From Octopus bimaculoides (taxonomy: Eukaryota), in assembly GCF_001194135.2 (NCBI RefSeq), contig NC_068989.1, positions 48,733,139-48,797,138 on the forward strand: a stretch of DNA of 64,000 nt, given 5' to 3'. Below, piece by piece: positions 36,118-48,540 of this stretch. Position numbers and translations under genes: made by a program. Under the pieces are notes generated by a model. The model saw nothing but the letters and a program-made list of their open reading frames with translations, searched no databases and was not told the DNA's origin. Every line of letters begins with the position of its first letter. The stretch's first letter is position 1.

Positions 36118-38324
36118 ATTGTGTGTGCGTGCGTGTGTGTGTGTGTGTGTGTTTGTATGCATCTATTTGACAGATTTGTTAATAATTTGTGGCATTTATC
36201 TCAGCTCTCTGCACTCTCAGTTCAAATCTAGTTGGGGTCAACATTGCATTTCAGCCTTTCAAAGTTGATAAAAACATATCAAATCAATCACCAGTCTAAG
36301 ACAGCACATTGGTGGAACTGCTACATGGAACTGCATGCTTTGTAATACTTGTGCTGGCTCTTTGTGTTCTGAGTTTCAAATTTCACCCTACTCTACTTGG
36401 GTGGTGGACTTTCACTCAGTTTAATACTCTCCATTTGCACTTTAGGTGTCTTTAGTCAAGTTCACTCTGTTGCAAAAATGTGGGCCAGATTTCCTGTTTG
36501 AGGATACTTTTCTACCTCCTTCTCACCAGCCTCAAAGGCCCTGAAATGGGTTACAGCATTGGCTACCCTTCTGACTAGCACACACACATGCACACACACA
36601 CACTCATCCTTGCAGGTTCAGTTGTATTTTATAGCTGGGAAAATTTTTGAGATGAGTAAATACTATCAACTATAGGGCTGGTTGAAATTCAACTTTAGAA
36701 GAGCAAAACCAACCAGCCGCTCACTATGTGTGGGATTCAGCATTTGGTATTTAATCATTTGCCAGATTTGTTTGTGGAAAACAAGTTGTGAGAATATAAG
36801 CTAAGAATTTACAAAAGATAGTGATAATCATGATGCAACATTAGCAATAACAGTAAAAAAAAAGAAGCCCAAAACAAGAAACAAAAACAAAGAAGTTTAA
36901 GGTAAAAACAAAATTAAAGCAAAAATAAACTTTGAAGATAAAGATATCTAGGTAGAGAAACCGCTTCAGAAAGTGTATCTCCAGAGAGTAGATGAAGAGG
37001 ATATTGATGCAGGCACCACGGACTTGTGTTTGTGATATTTGTGGGAGGGAAGAAAGAAAGAAAGGAGATGAAATAATCAAGTAAAGAAGAAAAGATGAAA
37101 GGAAAAAGTTTAAAAGAGCTGATAGCCTATACATGGTTCAAAGACAAGTGATTGATAATGTGCTGCCTTTCATTAGACACTAAACATGTTTTACACCAGG
37201 GATATCATCTCTGTTTAATATATTTTACTTCAAACTAAATCGAAGATAATAGAAAATGGAATAAAAATGGAGTTATTTTGGATGTTAAACTTTATAACTT
37301 TTCATATCAGTGCTATAAAAAATAAACTGATACATAGTCAAAGAACTGAAAAAAGAAATTGATTTTCATTATACACATATGAGTGTACATTTGCATTCTA
37401 TAAAAAATTGCTATTTGTGAGTAAATCATAATTAAATTTATTATTTTCCTTTTTTACACATTCATTTTGCTTTAGTTGCATGGGTGGAAAGGACATTTTG
37501 TTGCTGAAGTAATCATTTTTATAGATGGATGCTCTTCCTACAGCTAATATTTCAAACTACAAGTGAGGAATCTAGTAGTATTGTTCAGACAAACTGGAGC
37601 AAACAGTATTATATGCCTATTATGCCAGGGGTGTAAACTAAGTATTGTTAAATATTTTCTCTTTTTACGGAAATGGAAATGATCTTCAAGAAAACATCAT
37701 ACATTAAACATATCTACACAGGACCATCTAAATGTTTGGCATTTGTAACCAACTTTCCAGTTGCATCCCTTAAGTGATTAGTGTATTTTATGCTGTCGAC
37801 AATAATAATAGCATTCATAATCAAATCAAATTTTTTTCAGTGTTGCTGGTTATATTGATACGAATTTTATTATTGGTAATAAATATAAAGAAAAAATATT
37901 AGGAGCCTCTGAATTAATGTCTCAAAAAGAAAAGAAAAAGAAAGGAAAAATTGCAAATGATATTGCAAACAAAAATAATGTTGATTAGGAAAATGTAAGG
38001 GATAATAAGGAAATGAAAATAAACCACCAGTTTTCATTGTTTCTATAAACTGCTGCTATAAGGGAAATGCCTAAGTGAAAAGAAAATAAACTAACTACTT
38101 TGGGTATCTTTGTCATATATTAATTTGCTGCTGTTGAGTGCATGATCAATAACTAACAATTTATTGATTCAGATAAGTTTTAAGTAACCCATGAAAAATA
38201 TAAGGAGAAAGATGTGCAATTTTTATTTTGAAATGAGGATCTATGGCACTTAGCATCTGTAAGGGTATCTTGGTTATCATTAAAAGTGTTAATATTAAAA
38301 ATGTCATTAAAAGTGTTAATAATA

Positions 38325-38530
38325 ATGCTTAGCAGCATTTTGTTCATCTTTGTGTCCTGAGCTTAAATTTGACTGAGGTTGACTCTGCCTTTCATCCTAT
38401 TGGATGATAAGATAAGTGTGAATCAAGATAAGATAAGATAAGTGTGAATCAAGTACCGGGGCTAATGTAATTGACTTACCCCTCCCCTCAAAAAGCACTG
38501 GCCTTGTGCTAAAATTTGAAACCATTATTA
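38325..38530 (+). mobile_element. Family B SINE with an internal tandem duplication (ataagataagtgtgaatcaag x2)
   Basis: Nin-like domain and tail ggccttgtgctaaaatttgaaaccattatta. Confidence 0.7.
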
Positions 38531-38639
38531 AAAAAATGTTAAAACACTAAAACTGAAACTGAGAAATTTCTTACATTCTGGAGGAATGTAAATTGTAAGA
38601 GAAACGTTTAACAATTATTGCATTACCAAAGATTTATCT

Positions 38640-39180
38640 ACATATTCTTAATATAAAATAGAGTACATTTAAACACAAGAGAAAACTGCCTTCAACAGGC
38701 AGTTTTTACATGTTAGAAGAAGTAGTCAAAACGACCAAAACCACGTTTAAGAGCAATCTTCAAAAGGAATGAAAAATAAAAACTTTTACCTTGTTATTTT
38801 AATCCAGTCAGACCTAGGTTTCAAATTTTTTTAGCAAATAAAATAACTGAAACTGCACTTGCGCAGTGAATTTTAAAAATTATAATGTATAATGATGAGA
38901 CATGTGTTATTCGTCTCTTAATTATATGTTAGTGTTATGGCGCGGTCATTGATGAGAAATTTTGCCTAGCAAATTATTTTATTTGCTAAAAAATTTTGAA
39001 ACCTAGGTCTGACTGGATTAAAATAACAAGGTAAAAGTTTTTATTTTTCATTCCTTTTGAAGATTGCTCTTAAACGTGGTTTTGGTCGTTTTGACTACTT
39101 CTTCTAGCATGTAAAAACTGCCTGCTGAAGGCAGTTTTCTCTTGTGTTTAAATGTACACTATTTTATATTAAGAATATGT
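38640..39180. mobile_element. Foldback element / long-TIR MITE: 207-bp inverted arms around a 127-bp spacer
   Basis: 38640-38846 is the reverse complement of 38974-39180, with 4 mismatches counted by eye. Confidence 0.9.
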
Positions 39181-39722
39181 TGTCTATTTACTTTTTATAC
39201 ATGCTAGGCCACTGGTAGTGAAATTTCTAAAATGACTCACTACCCTATATTTTACGTAGATTTATCTACACATGCATATTTATAAAAAATTAAAATTGAT
39301 GAAGTAGTACAAATGGTAAGCTTCATTGTATCAAATCTGCTTAAATAAAGATTATTTCATATCTTCTGTGAAGAAATGGTTGTTATGCCCAGAAACTTAA
39401 AGATTATTCTGAGGCAAAATATTTGTAAGGTTTTGTGAGATTCTTAAACTCAAATACTCCATAATAAATGTTATTTCTATGGCAATTAACCCATGGCTGG
39501 TGAAACTGGTATATCATGGTGATAAAACTTTTCAAATTAGATTAAATACAGCTTTTGCTACAATAAATATAATTGTTTTATAATACGAAAAAAATTTCAT
39601 GATTCAAGAAAAGAAAAAATTGAGAAATTTGATACTCTATAAAACAAAAAAAAAAAAAAAATTTAATCAATGGAGGAGGGCAAAATAACATTGGTTTTTG
39701 TAGCAATTCCAGAGAAATGAGA

Positions 39723-39946
39723 TTAACACTTTAGCATTTAAACCAGCCATATCTGGTTCAAATATTCTACCTGTTTATATTCAAACTGATTAGATCTGAC
39801 TTCTCACATCTACCCTACAATGCCATTCTAAAAAATAAAAACATTGCCATAATTTTGAAGCAATGAGACAATGCTTGATTAATTCAAAATAATGTGAATA
39901 AATAAGCATTGCATTTGTCAGAATAATCTGAATGCTAAGGGGTTAA
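39723..39946. mobile_element. piggyBac-type MITE with TTAA target duplication
   Basis: TTAAcactttagcatt...aatgctaaggggTTAA. Confidence 0.75.
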
Positions 39947-40175
39947 AGCAGTAGGCTCAAAGTTGACATCTGTAGAATAATTCTCGGAGTAATAATTGGA
40001 GGAAATATTTAGTAGAACCAGGTGATTAGACACAGTAGTGATGAGGAAGAGAAGGATTAATGTTTTTGTACAAGCTCCAGAAGAAGCAGATAGAGAAAAC
40101 AACCAGTGTCTATTGCATATTTGGTAAATGAAACCTTCGCAATCAAATGAATAGTCCTGCAATGACGGATTTATT

Positions 40176-40370
40176 TGTTTTTAATTGTTTCAGTTATTGG
40201 ACTGCAGCCATGCTGTAGCACCACCTTGAAGGGTCCCAGTACTTATTTTTTTATATTTTTAAGCTTGGTGCTTATTCTATTGGTCTCTTCTGTTGATGTT
40301 ACGTCCTAAGTTACAGGCATGTAAACAAACCAGCACTGGTTGTGAAGTGATGTTGAAGAACAAACACACA
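40176..40370 (-). mobile_element. Family A SINE, 3' half (split by Tc1)
   Basis: Tail half ends at caaacacaca|TA. Confidence 0.8.
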
Positions 40371-40372
40371 TA

Positions 40373-42008
40373 CACTGGCCAAAATAAGTTTAAGACCAAT
40401 GACGACAGTTCTATTCCTTCATTAATATATTTTTAACAAAACTATATAAAATTATTTTACTTTTTACAGTTTATGTAAATTTTTTCCTTTTTTGAATGAT
40501 ATAGGCATCATATATCTTTCTACAATTTGAATAATTTTAATGCGCAATTAATTCAAATGATTAGAAATTGTCGGCAAAATAAGCTTAAGATCATACCTAA
40601 ATTATGCAAATTGATAAACCAAATGGGTGGTCATATGGTTGGTTGTACTGCACGGTTTTGTTTAATAATCGAGCATTGTTACACATTAATTCACTAAGGG
40701 AAAGTATCATAGCATCAGCTGAGTTACTAGATCAAAGATCATGTTGCTTCTTCAGCAAAATGTGTTCTTCATGAACATTAGGAAGCAATTAGGATGCAGC
40801 AAAACGGCTTGTGTTCAAGCATGGAAGCTTTACCAAGCCACTGGCCAATACAAAGATCAGCAAAGAACAGGCGCTCCGAGAAAAAGAAACAATAGAGGTG
40901 GATCAGCAAATTCATAGGCTCTCTAAAGGTAATCGAATGCTAACAGAAGTGGACATTTGCAAGCAATTATCTGATGAAACTGACATCAGCTTTACATCAC
41001 AAACTGTCGCAAACCACCTGAAAGAAATTGAACTGCTTGGCCGGATCGCTCGAAAGAGCCGATAATTTCTGAGATGAACTGGTGGAAGTGGATCAAGTTT
41101 ACTAAAAGCCATATTGAATGGACGGCTGAAGACTGGTCAAAAGTTCTTTGGAGTGACAAATCCTGCTTCTGCATCTTTGGATCAGACGGAAAGACTTATG
41201 TTAGATGCCATCCAGCTGAAGAATTCCATCCTAAGTATGTCAAGAAAATGGTGCAAGCAGGATGTGTGTGTGTGTGTGTGTGGGGGGGGTTACTGGTGTG
41301 GGCCACATTCAGCAGCTTAGGCGTTGTTCCAATTATTAAGGTTGATGGCAGACTGAACAGTGTAGGCTATCTGCAATTAGTAATTGAAAATGTGCTGGCA
41401 TATTTAAATAATCTATTTTCCAGCAGGAAAATTGCCCCATTCATAAGGCTGGGAAAAATTTGCCATGTTTTGAGCACAATAATACGGTGGTTATTAAGTG
41501 ACCTCTGCAGACCCCGGATTTGAATCCAATAGAAAATATATGACATTATATTTCTAAAAGAGTTCATGCTAAAAAAAAACACAACAAATTCGTCTCAATT
41601 ATATAATTTTATTGAAGAAATATGGCAGAACATTCCAAGTGATTTTTGTGCTCATTTGTCAAATTCCTTGTCCTGCTGTTGTAAGGCCGTAATTGAAAAT
41701 AATGGCTATGGAACTAGATACTAATAATACATTTTTGTTCATTGATCATTTGTACCGTAAATTTTCAATTTAAACAAAATAATGTTGGTACTTTCTAAAA
41801 CTTATTTTGCCAACAATTTTTAATCATTTGAATTAATTGTGCATTAAATTCAAATTATAGAAAGATATATAATGCCTATATCATTCGAAAGAGTAAAAAA
41901 TTCTACATAAAATGTAAAAAGTAAAATAATTTTATACAGTACTGTTCAAAATAAATTAATGAAGGAATAGAAATGTCATCATCAGTCTTAAACTTCTTTT
42001 GGCCAGTG
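40373..42008 (+). mobile_element. Full-length decayed Tc1-family DNA transposon of IR/DR type (about 220-bp TIRs, TA duplication)
   Basis: TA|CACTGGCCAAAATAAGTTTAAGACC ... GTCTTAAACTTCTTTTGGCCAGTG|TA. TIRs at about 40373-40592 and 41792-42008, each with an inner direct repeat of the outer motif (ggcaaaataagcttaaga). Confidence 0.92.
40741..41724 (+). pseudogene. Tc1 DDE transposase pseudogene
   Basis: MLLLQQ...IRKQLGCSKTAC...TGAPRK (paired-like HTH plus GRPR-like motif); WTAEDWSKVLWSDKSCF; GGLLVWATFS; PDLNPIENI* (about 41508-41543); AVIENNGYGTRY*. Multiple frameshifts and stops. Confidence 0.88.
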
Positions 42009-42010
42009 TA

Positions 42011-42168
42011 GATATAAGTATATATATCAAATCTACCAAATCTGCTCATAAGGTTTTGGTTGACCCAGGGCTATAGTAGAAGACACTTCCCCAAGGTACC
42101 AAGCAGTAGGACTGAACCCAGAACCATATTGGTTGGGAAGCAAATTTCTTACCAGACAATCATACCAG
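42011..42168 (-). mobile_element. Family A SINE, 5' half (split by Tc1)
   Basis: aggttttggttgacccagggctatagtagaagacactt...ggactgaacccagaacc continues the SINE interrupted at 40370. Confidence 0.8.
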
Positions 42169-42747
42169 TAGGCAATGTAAAATTGTAAGAGATTGTGAGA
42201 CTTTATATTTGTAGTTGAGTATTTTAGCTGTCTTACGCAAAAGTAATATTGTATACATATATCTTTAATAGCTACACTGATTATGTTTTGGTGCTTTTGA
42301 TGGAGTTCAGGTGGTGATGTTTTACTTAGAGGATATTTTGAGATCTTTGTTTATGAAGACAGAGAATGTAGTGGAATGTATAGAATGTTTATAAGGAGTG
42401 AAGGGTGCTATGATCTTCACAAGACTGTGTGTGGTTAAAAGATGTTACACATAAGGAGGAAAGGCTAATAATTAGCAAGTTCAGAAGTATTGATCTTTGG
42501 AATAAGATATATCATGGTACATACTATATCCTATATTGTTGCAGGAAATTGAATTAACTTTGACATATGGTGTTTGAGAATAATAAAAAAGAAACACACC
42601 AATAGAACTGATAACCTTACTCAGGTGTGCCAAATCCAATTAAAAATTGACTCCCAACTTTTAATGAATTTGTAATTCTAATAAAGTCCAGTAAGTTGGC
42701 ATTAGTATTTCAATGAAAAAAACAGTGGGCCTTCCTAAGTCACATGC

Positions 42748-42912
42748 TCATAAGGCTGGTTTCCTGGATTACTCACTTCTTGCCAGCTGAGTGGACTAGA
42801 GCAACGTGAAATGAAGTGTTTTGCTCAAGAACACAATGCATCACTTGGTCCAGGAATTGAAACCACAATCTTATGATCATGAGTAGAATACTCTAACCAC
42901 TAAGCTACACAC
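42748..42912 (-). mobile_element. Family C SINE
   Basis: Reverse complement of the 25421-25570 head and core. Confidence 0.75.
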
Positions 42913-43103
42913 ATGCACAGTACCAGTATTTACCAATATTTAAATACACCATAACCATTCTCCAGCTTCAACCCAAGCTCTAACCAATTTAAAATGTTTT
43001 CTGTACTTTGGACCTCTTTGAATATTCATAGCAGAATGGTACATCATGAATTTGTGATTCAATGATATGAAATCTGTGAACCCCATTGTCAGCATGACAT
43101 CAG

Positions 43104-43292
43104 CAGTGCTGGACTTAGGACAAATGAGGACCTGTGCTAGTTAAGTTATGAGGCTCCTTATTTGGACAGCCAGGCATACATGCTTGAGAAATTCATTGTA
43201 AAAAATATTTTGGGCAGGAAGATGGCCCCACCCACTGGTCAATGGGGACCTGTGCTTAAGCACACCAAAGCACAATAGTAAATCTGGCACTG
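43104..43292. mobile_element. hAT-superfamily MITE with a perfect 8-bp TSD (GACATCAG)
   Basis: gacatcag|CAGTGCTGGACTTA ... TAAATCTGGCACTG|gacatcag. Confidence 0.85.
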
Positions 43293-44438
43293 GACATCAG
43301 TTTTTATCTACCTGTCTTATTTGGTCTGTTATTGGCCTGCATATCTCAAACCGTCTACCCATAGCACAACATCATTTTAACCTCTATTTTTCCATGTTTG
43401 CATAAGTCAAATGAGAGTATGTTGGAGCAGTTTCTAACAATTAAGTACTCTTCCTGTTTTCAAGTGAGATAATAATCTCCCAGTCTATCAAACAACAAAA
43501 AGCCTGGACATGTTTATGCAGAGAAATGGAAACAAATACTATATGAATGAGCCTTTTACTTACAAAGGATGCACAACATATGAAGACATGTGAAAGAAGC
43601 TTGGACATGCTTTGCAGTAGACTGCAAACAAACAGCATCATCTTCAAGTCCATTGTTTACAACCAACAAAAACGTAAGGATGAGAGAAACACATACGCAC
43701 TCACACACACACATACACATGTACACTCGCATACACATTCACATACAAAGTCGCGTGCATACTCACATATATATGTACAGTCCAGTCAAACGACACTCAC
43801 ATACACATGATGGGTAAATGATTCTCTTCACTAATTCCACTCACAAAGCTTTTATCAGCCCAGGGTTATAGTAGAATATATTTGCCCAAGGTGCAATGCT
43901 GTGGAACTGAACCTCAAACCATGAGGTTGGGAAGCTAACTCCTGAACCACTGAGCCATACCTCTGCCTGGAACTTTTGCGTTTTCATCTAGCAAATGGTA
44001 ATACCAGAGAAGCTAATTATGAAACATGAAGTAAAATACATTAATTGTTACAAACAAAGCTAATTGATTTTGATGGGGGAAAAGACTATGTGGTAATAGC
44101 TAACTTATTTCCTAATTTTCATCAAAAACAGGAATCTACAAAATCTTCTTGGAAAAAGTCTTTGACTGAAGTTTGGGTCAAAATACTCTCATCAAGTTAA
44201 ATAAATAATGTGAGTACTGTTTCCACTTTAAACAATTTATTACTGCAAGAGTGGCTTTTCATATGATGTAGCATACAAGAAAGAAATTCTGAAATTCAAA
44301 CTCATTGCATGATTTGAAGATTCAGTTTTAAATGTTTCCCTAGATATTAATTTTTTTTCCAACAAGTGAGTTATCACTTACAAGATAAATAAATAAATAT
44401 ATATACATGTATACATAAACACAAAGATAACAATATAT

Positions 44439-44483
<45 letters not shown>

Positions 44484-44923
44484 NNNNNNNNNNNNNNNNN
44501 NNNNNNNNNNNNNNNNNNNNNNNNNNNNNNNNNNNNNNNNNNNNNNNNNNNNNNNNNNNNNNNNNNNNNNNNNNNNNNNNNNNNNNNNNNNNNNNNNNNN
44601 NNNNNNNNNNNNNNNNNNNNNNNNNNNNNNNNNNNNNNNNNNNNNNNNNNNNNNNNNNNNNNNNNNNNNNNNNNNNNNNNNNNNNNNNNNNNNNNNNNNN
44701 NNNNNNNNNNNNNNNNNNNNNNNNNNNNNNNNNNNNNNNNNNNNNNNNNNNNNNNNNNNNNNNNNNNNNNNNNNNNNNNNNNNNNNNNNNNNNNNNNNNN
44801 NNNNNNNNNNNNNNNNNNNNNNNNNNNNNNNNNNNNNNNNNNNNNNNNNNNNNNNNNNNNNNNNNNNNNNNNNNNNNNNNNNNNNNNNNNNNNNNNNNNN
44901 NNNNNNNNNNNNNNNNNNNNNNN
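44484..44923. other. Assembly gap (N) next to (TA)n
   Basis: Run of N. Confidence 1.
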
Positions 44924-44988
44924 GATCAGATCTGTGATCAAAAATGATTCTATCTGTGACCATTCAATAGTTTTAGGGTTATCTAGGA

Positions 44989-45263
44989 CAGGGATTTTCA
45001 AACTTTTTGACTTGCGGACCCCTTTATATTTCAGGCTTTACCTTAGGGACCCCTTTATAAATGCTTATGAAATTTATATATAAATATTTGCTTAAAATAA
45101 CATATATTTTTACATTTATTTATTTAACAGTATTTAACAAACAGGTTTATTGTCAATTAAAAGATTTCGATTAAAAAACATATATAAAATCAAATTGCCC
45201 ATAAAAAGTATTTGCTGTCCACGGACCCCCTATGGTCCGCGGACCACAGTTTGAAAACCCCTG
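44989..45263. mobile_element. hAT Charlie-type MITE
   Basis: atctagga|CAGGGATTTTCAAACT ... AGTTTGAAAACCCCTG|atctagaa. The TSD matches at 7 of 8 positions and fits the Charlie NTCTAGAN preference. Confidence 0.85.
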
Positions 45264-45291
45264 ATCTAGAATATATTATTCAATTTTATCA

Positions 45292-45495
45292 TTTCATCTT
45301 TTATCTTGTTTCAGTCGTTAGACTGTGGTGATGCTGGGGCACCACCATGAAGAAATTTTTGTCAGATGAATCAACCCCAGTATATTTTTAAAACTTGGTA
45401 CTTACTCTATTGATTCTTTTGCCAAACTGCTAAGTTACAGGGTTGTAAACACAACAACAATGGTTTTCAAGTGGTGGTTAGAGGACAGACACACT

Positions 45496-45555
<60 letters not shown>

Positions 45556-45739
45556 CATGCATGTGTGTATACACATGATGGGCTATTTTCATTTTCTGTC
45601 TACCAAATCCACTCACAAGGCTTTGGTCAGCCTGAAGTTATAGTAGAAGACACTTGCAAAAGGTGACACGCAGTTGGAATGAGCCCAGAACCATGTGGTT
45701 GGGAAGCAAGCTTCTTACCCCACACCCATACCTGTGCCT
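45292..45739 (-). mobile_element. Family A SINE with a long (GT)n spacer
   Basis: Collinear with the other family A copies. Confidence 0.85.
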
Positions 45740-47388
45740 GTTGTCCTTTTTTCCTTTAAAGATTGAAGAGGTTGATGACTGCAATTTCTGGCATGGTAAG
45801 TGACCATGTAGAGGCTTCCCTTGTTGGAAAAGAAAAGGTGGAGAGTGCTGAGAGATGAATGAACCAAAGGAAATATTTAGTAAATTATATCTTTATATTA
45901 GTAAAGAAGGTATATGTTTATCCACATTTAAATGTTGCTCAATATCCCTTCAAGAGAGACATTGTTCATATCTACAAGAAGCAATGTATATTTCTGTTTA
46001 TATGCCAATATTACTAGCATTTCACTCTTCTACTGACAACCTCCAGGCAAAATACAAAGACATGGTATAGTATTATTTATGTACAAATAGCTTAGCTATT
46101 ATGTAAAAAGTTAGACATCTGCTGGTAAGTTATTAAAAGAAAATATTTTCTTTTTGCTTATGGATGGATGGTTTATTGAACACATACTTTGTGCTCAATA
46201 AATATCCTTAAAGTAACTTAATTTTCAGCAAGGATATATTGAAGTAAGAGTAATAATGTACTTTATCAAGAAAGCAGAGCATTAATGGTACTAAAGTAGT
46301 GTTATCACAGCTTTGGAATCACTACAGCTTTGACTTTATTCAATGTACTTTAACTTTTAATTTACCTAAATTGAAAGTCATACACACACACTCATGATGA
46401 AAGTTATTTGATGGACATTTCCATTGGAATAAATTATATAATCAATTTCATGATTTGTGTTGATTCAGAAACCAATTTAGGAGATTATACAGATCAAGAA
46501 AAAATATATATATTAAAAAAGAAAAACAAATCTGTACCAGAAAACCTTAAAATGAAAATCATTCATAAACTGATTGTTGCTTTTCAATCAGAACCAATTT
46601 ATAATGATTTCAGCCATAGGGTTGATGTTCAAACTACAGTATGTGCACTACAGTGAACTAAAAAGAATCAGAACCTAGATTTGTAAGATAAAATGAAAAA
46701 AAAAAAAGTTTCTATACATTTCCTGAAACAAGATTTGAGATGATTATTTCATCATTTAATAAGGTAATGTTTCCCTAACTCCTGTGGTCAGACCTTCAAA
46801 AGGGTAGTGAAGTAGTTAATAATAGTACATTAGAGTTGAAGAAAATGGAAGACATAAAAAAAAATGTAGAACTAAGTTGATGTAAGATTTACATGCATTC
46901 AAAGAGAGTTTAAGACTAATAAGGTAATTTGCCAAAATTACAGAGAGCTGGGAGAATTGATCCTCAAAAACTGTCTAATCCACAGTGTTGAAGAATAAAA
47001 GAATCAAAGACTTGTACTATTGTGGATCAAGAGAAATAACTATAACCTCAAGATTAAATAATGATAATATTAATAAACCATAAAGAAAAAGAAAGAAAAT
47101 ATTAAAAAAAACTTTGAAATTCTTTTTTCTTTATAATGTTCTATTTGAACAGTATGTATTTCCCCAAGAGATAAATGTACTGGGGGATGAGGTTAAAGAA
47201 AATTATGTGTGTGCATGTATATAAGTGTGAATTTTGTTTCAGAGGAAGCCATACTACTTTACATCTTGTGAGGAAAAGCAAATAATTCATGGGCCATACA
47301 TGTTGTTGTTTAGTTACGAGATAAGACCTAGTCAAGTAGACTGATCATCAAGTATATTTTTTCAGATACAATGTATCTATGACTATGA

Positions 47389-47604
47389 TACTCTTTTACT
47401 CTTTTACTTCTTTCAGTTATTTGACTGTGGCCATGCAGGAGCACCACCTTTAGTTGAGCAAATCGACACCAGGACTTATTCTTTGTAAGCCTAGAACTTA
47501 TTCTATCGGTCTCTTTTGCTGAACCGCTAAGTTACGGGGACGTAAACATACCAGCATCGGTTATCAAGCGATGTTGGGGGGTACAAACACAGACACAAAC
47601 ATAT

Positions 47605-47669
<65 letters not shown>

Positions 47670-47810
47670 CATATATACGACGGGCTTCTTTCAGTTTCCA
47701 TCTACCAAATCCACTCATAAGGCTTTGGTCGGCCCAAGGTTATAGTAGAAGACACTTGCCCAAGGTGCCATGCAGTGGGAATGAACCCGGAACCATGTGG
47801 TTGGTAGCAA
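47389..47810 (-). mobile_element. Family A SINE, young copy
   Basis: Near-identical to 7453-7852 and 9294-9684. Confidence 0.9.
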
Positions 47811-48540
47811 CATTGTTCTTTCTTCAAGGTAGTTTGAGAGAAATTTGGCTACTATTTCTGTCAGGTTGCATGGCTGCATTGAGTTGACTTCAAATACTTT
47901 GCAGGCATAACTTAATTTACCAATTTATGAAAGGCAGATGATGATGATGATGCTGCCACCAATGCCACTGTTTCAATGTCTACATTTCTACATTCAGCTT
48001 TGTTGCAGTAGATATTACAGCAAAAACTGTTAAACCATTACATGTCAAGTGTTAACACTGTCAATAAAGAATAGGCATATGGATTTACTTGTCCTATTTT
48101 CTTGCTCATACACATGTGTATATATTCCCATCAGACCTGCCTTTATTTTGGCTATTTTTCTCATCTCCTTTAGGATGCAGTTGAACATTGTTGATTGACA
48201 GAGTAAAAACTGAATTCAGCTTTCTCTTTTTTTTCCAGTATGAAGCATAAATTGTTAAGACAAATTGACAATGTCTTAGCCGAGTATTATATAAATATTG
48301 CAATTCATAACTCAACTTGGTTCTTGTAAAAAAATAATATATAAGGTATGGTAGAGGTAGGGGGAACAGAATATAAGAAAGTCAAAGTAAGACATTTTGA
48401 TTTCTTTGGTATAAGAAATTCTTTAACTGTCACTTTACCCTTCCCGCTCACCATCTTCTATCCTTTGCATACCCTATTTGATGTTTTCTAGGAGCTACCT
48501 AACACCTAATTCTAGGTGCTTGGGTTATGACATCATATTC

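Noticed and set aside
46303-46316. miR-2-like seed tatcacag (also miR-71-like tgaaagacatg at 31973)
   Set aside because: The match is limited to the 5' 8-11 nt, the 3' part diverges, and there is no precursor hairpin.
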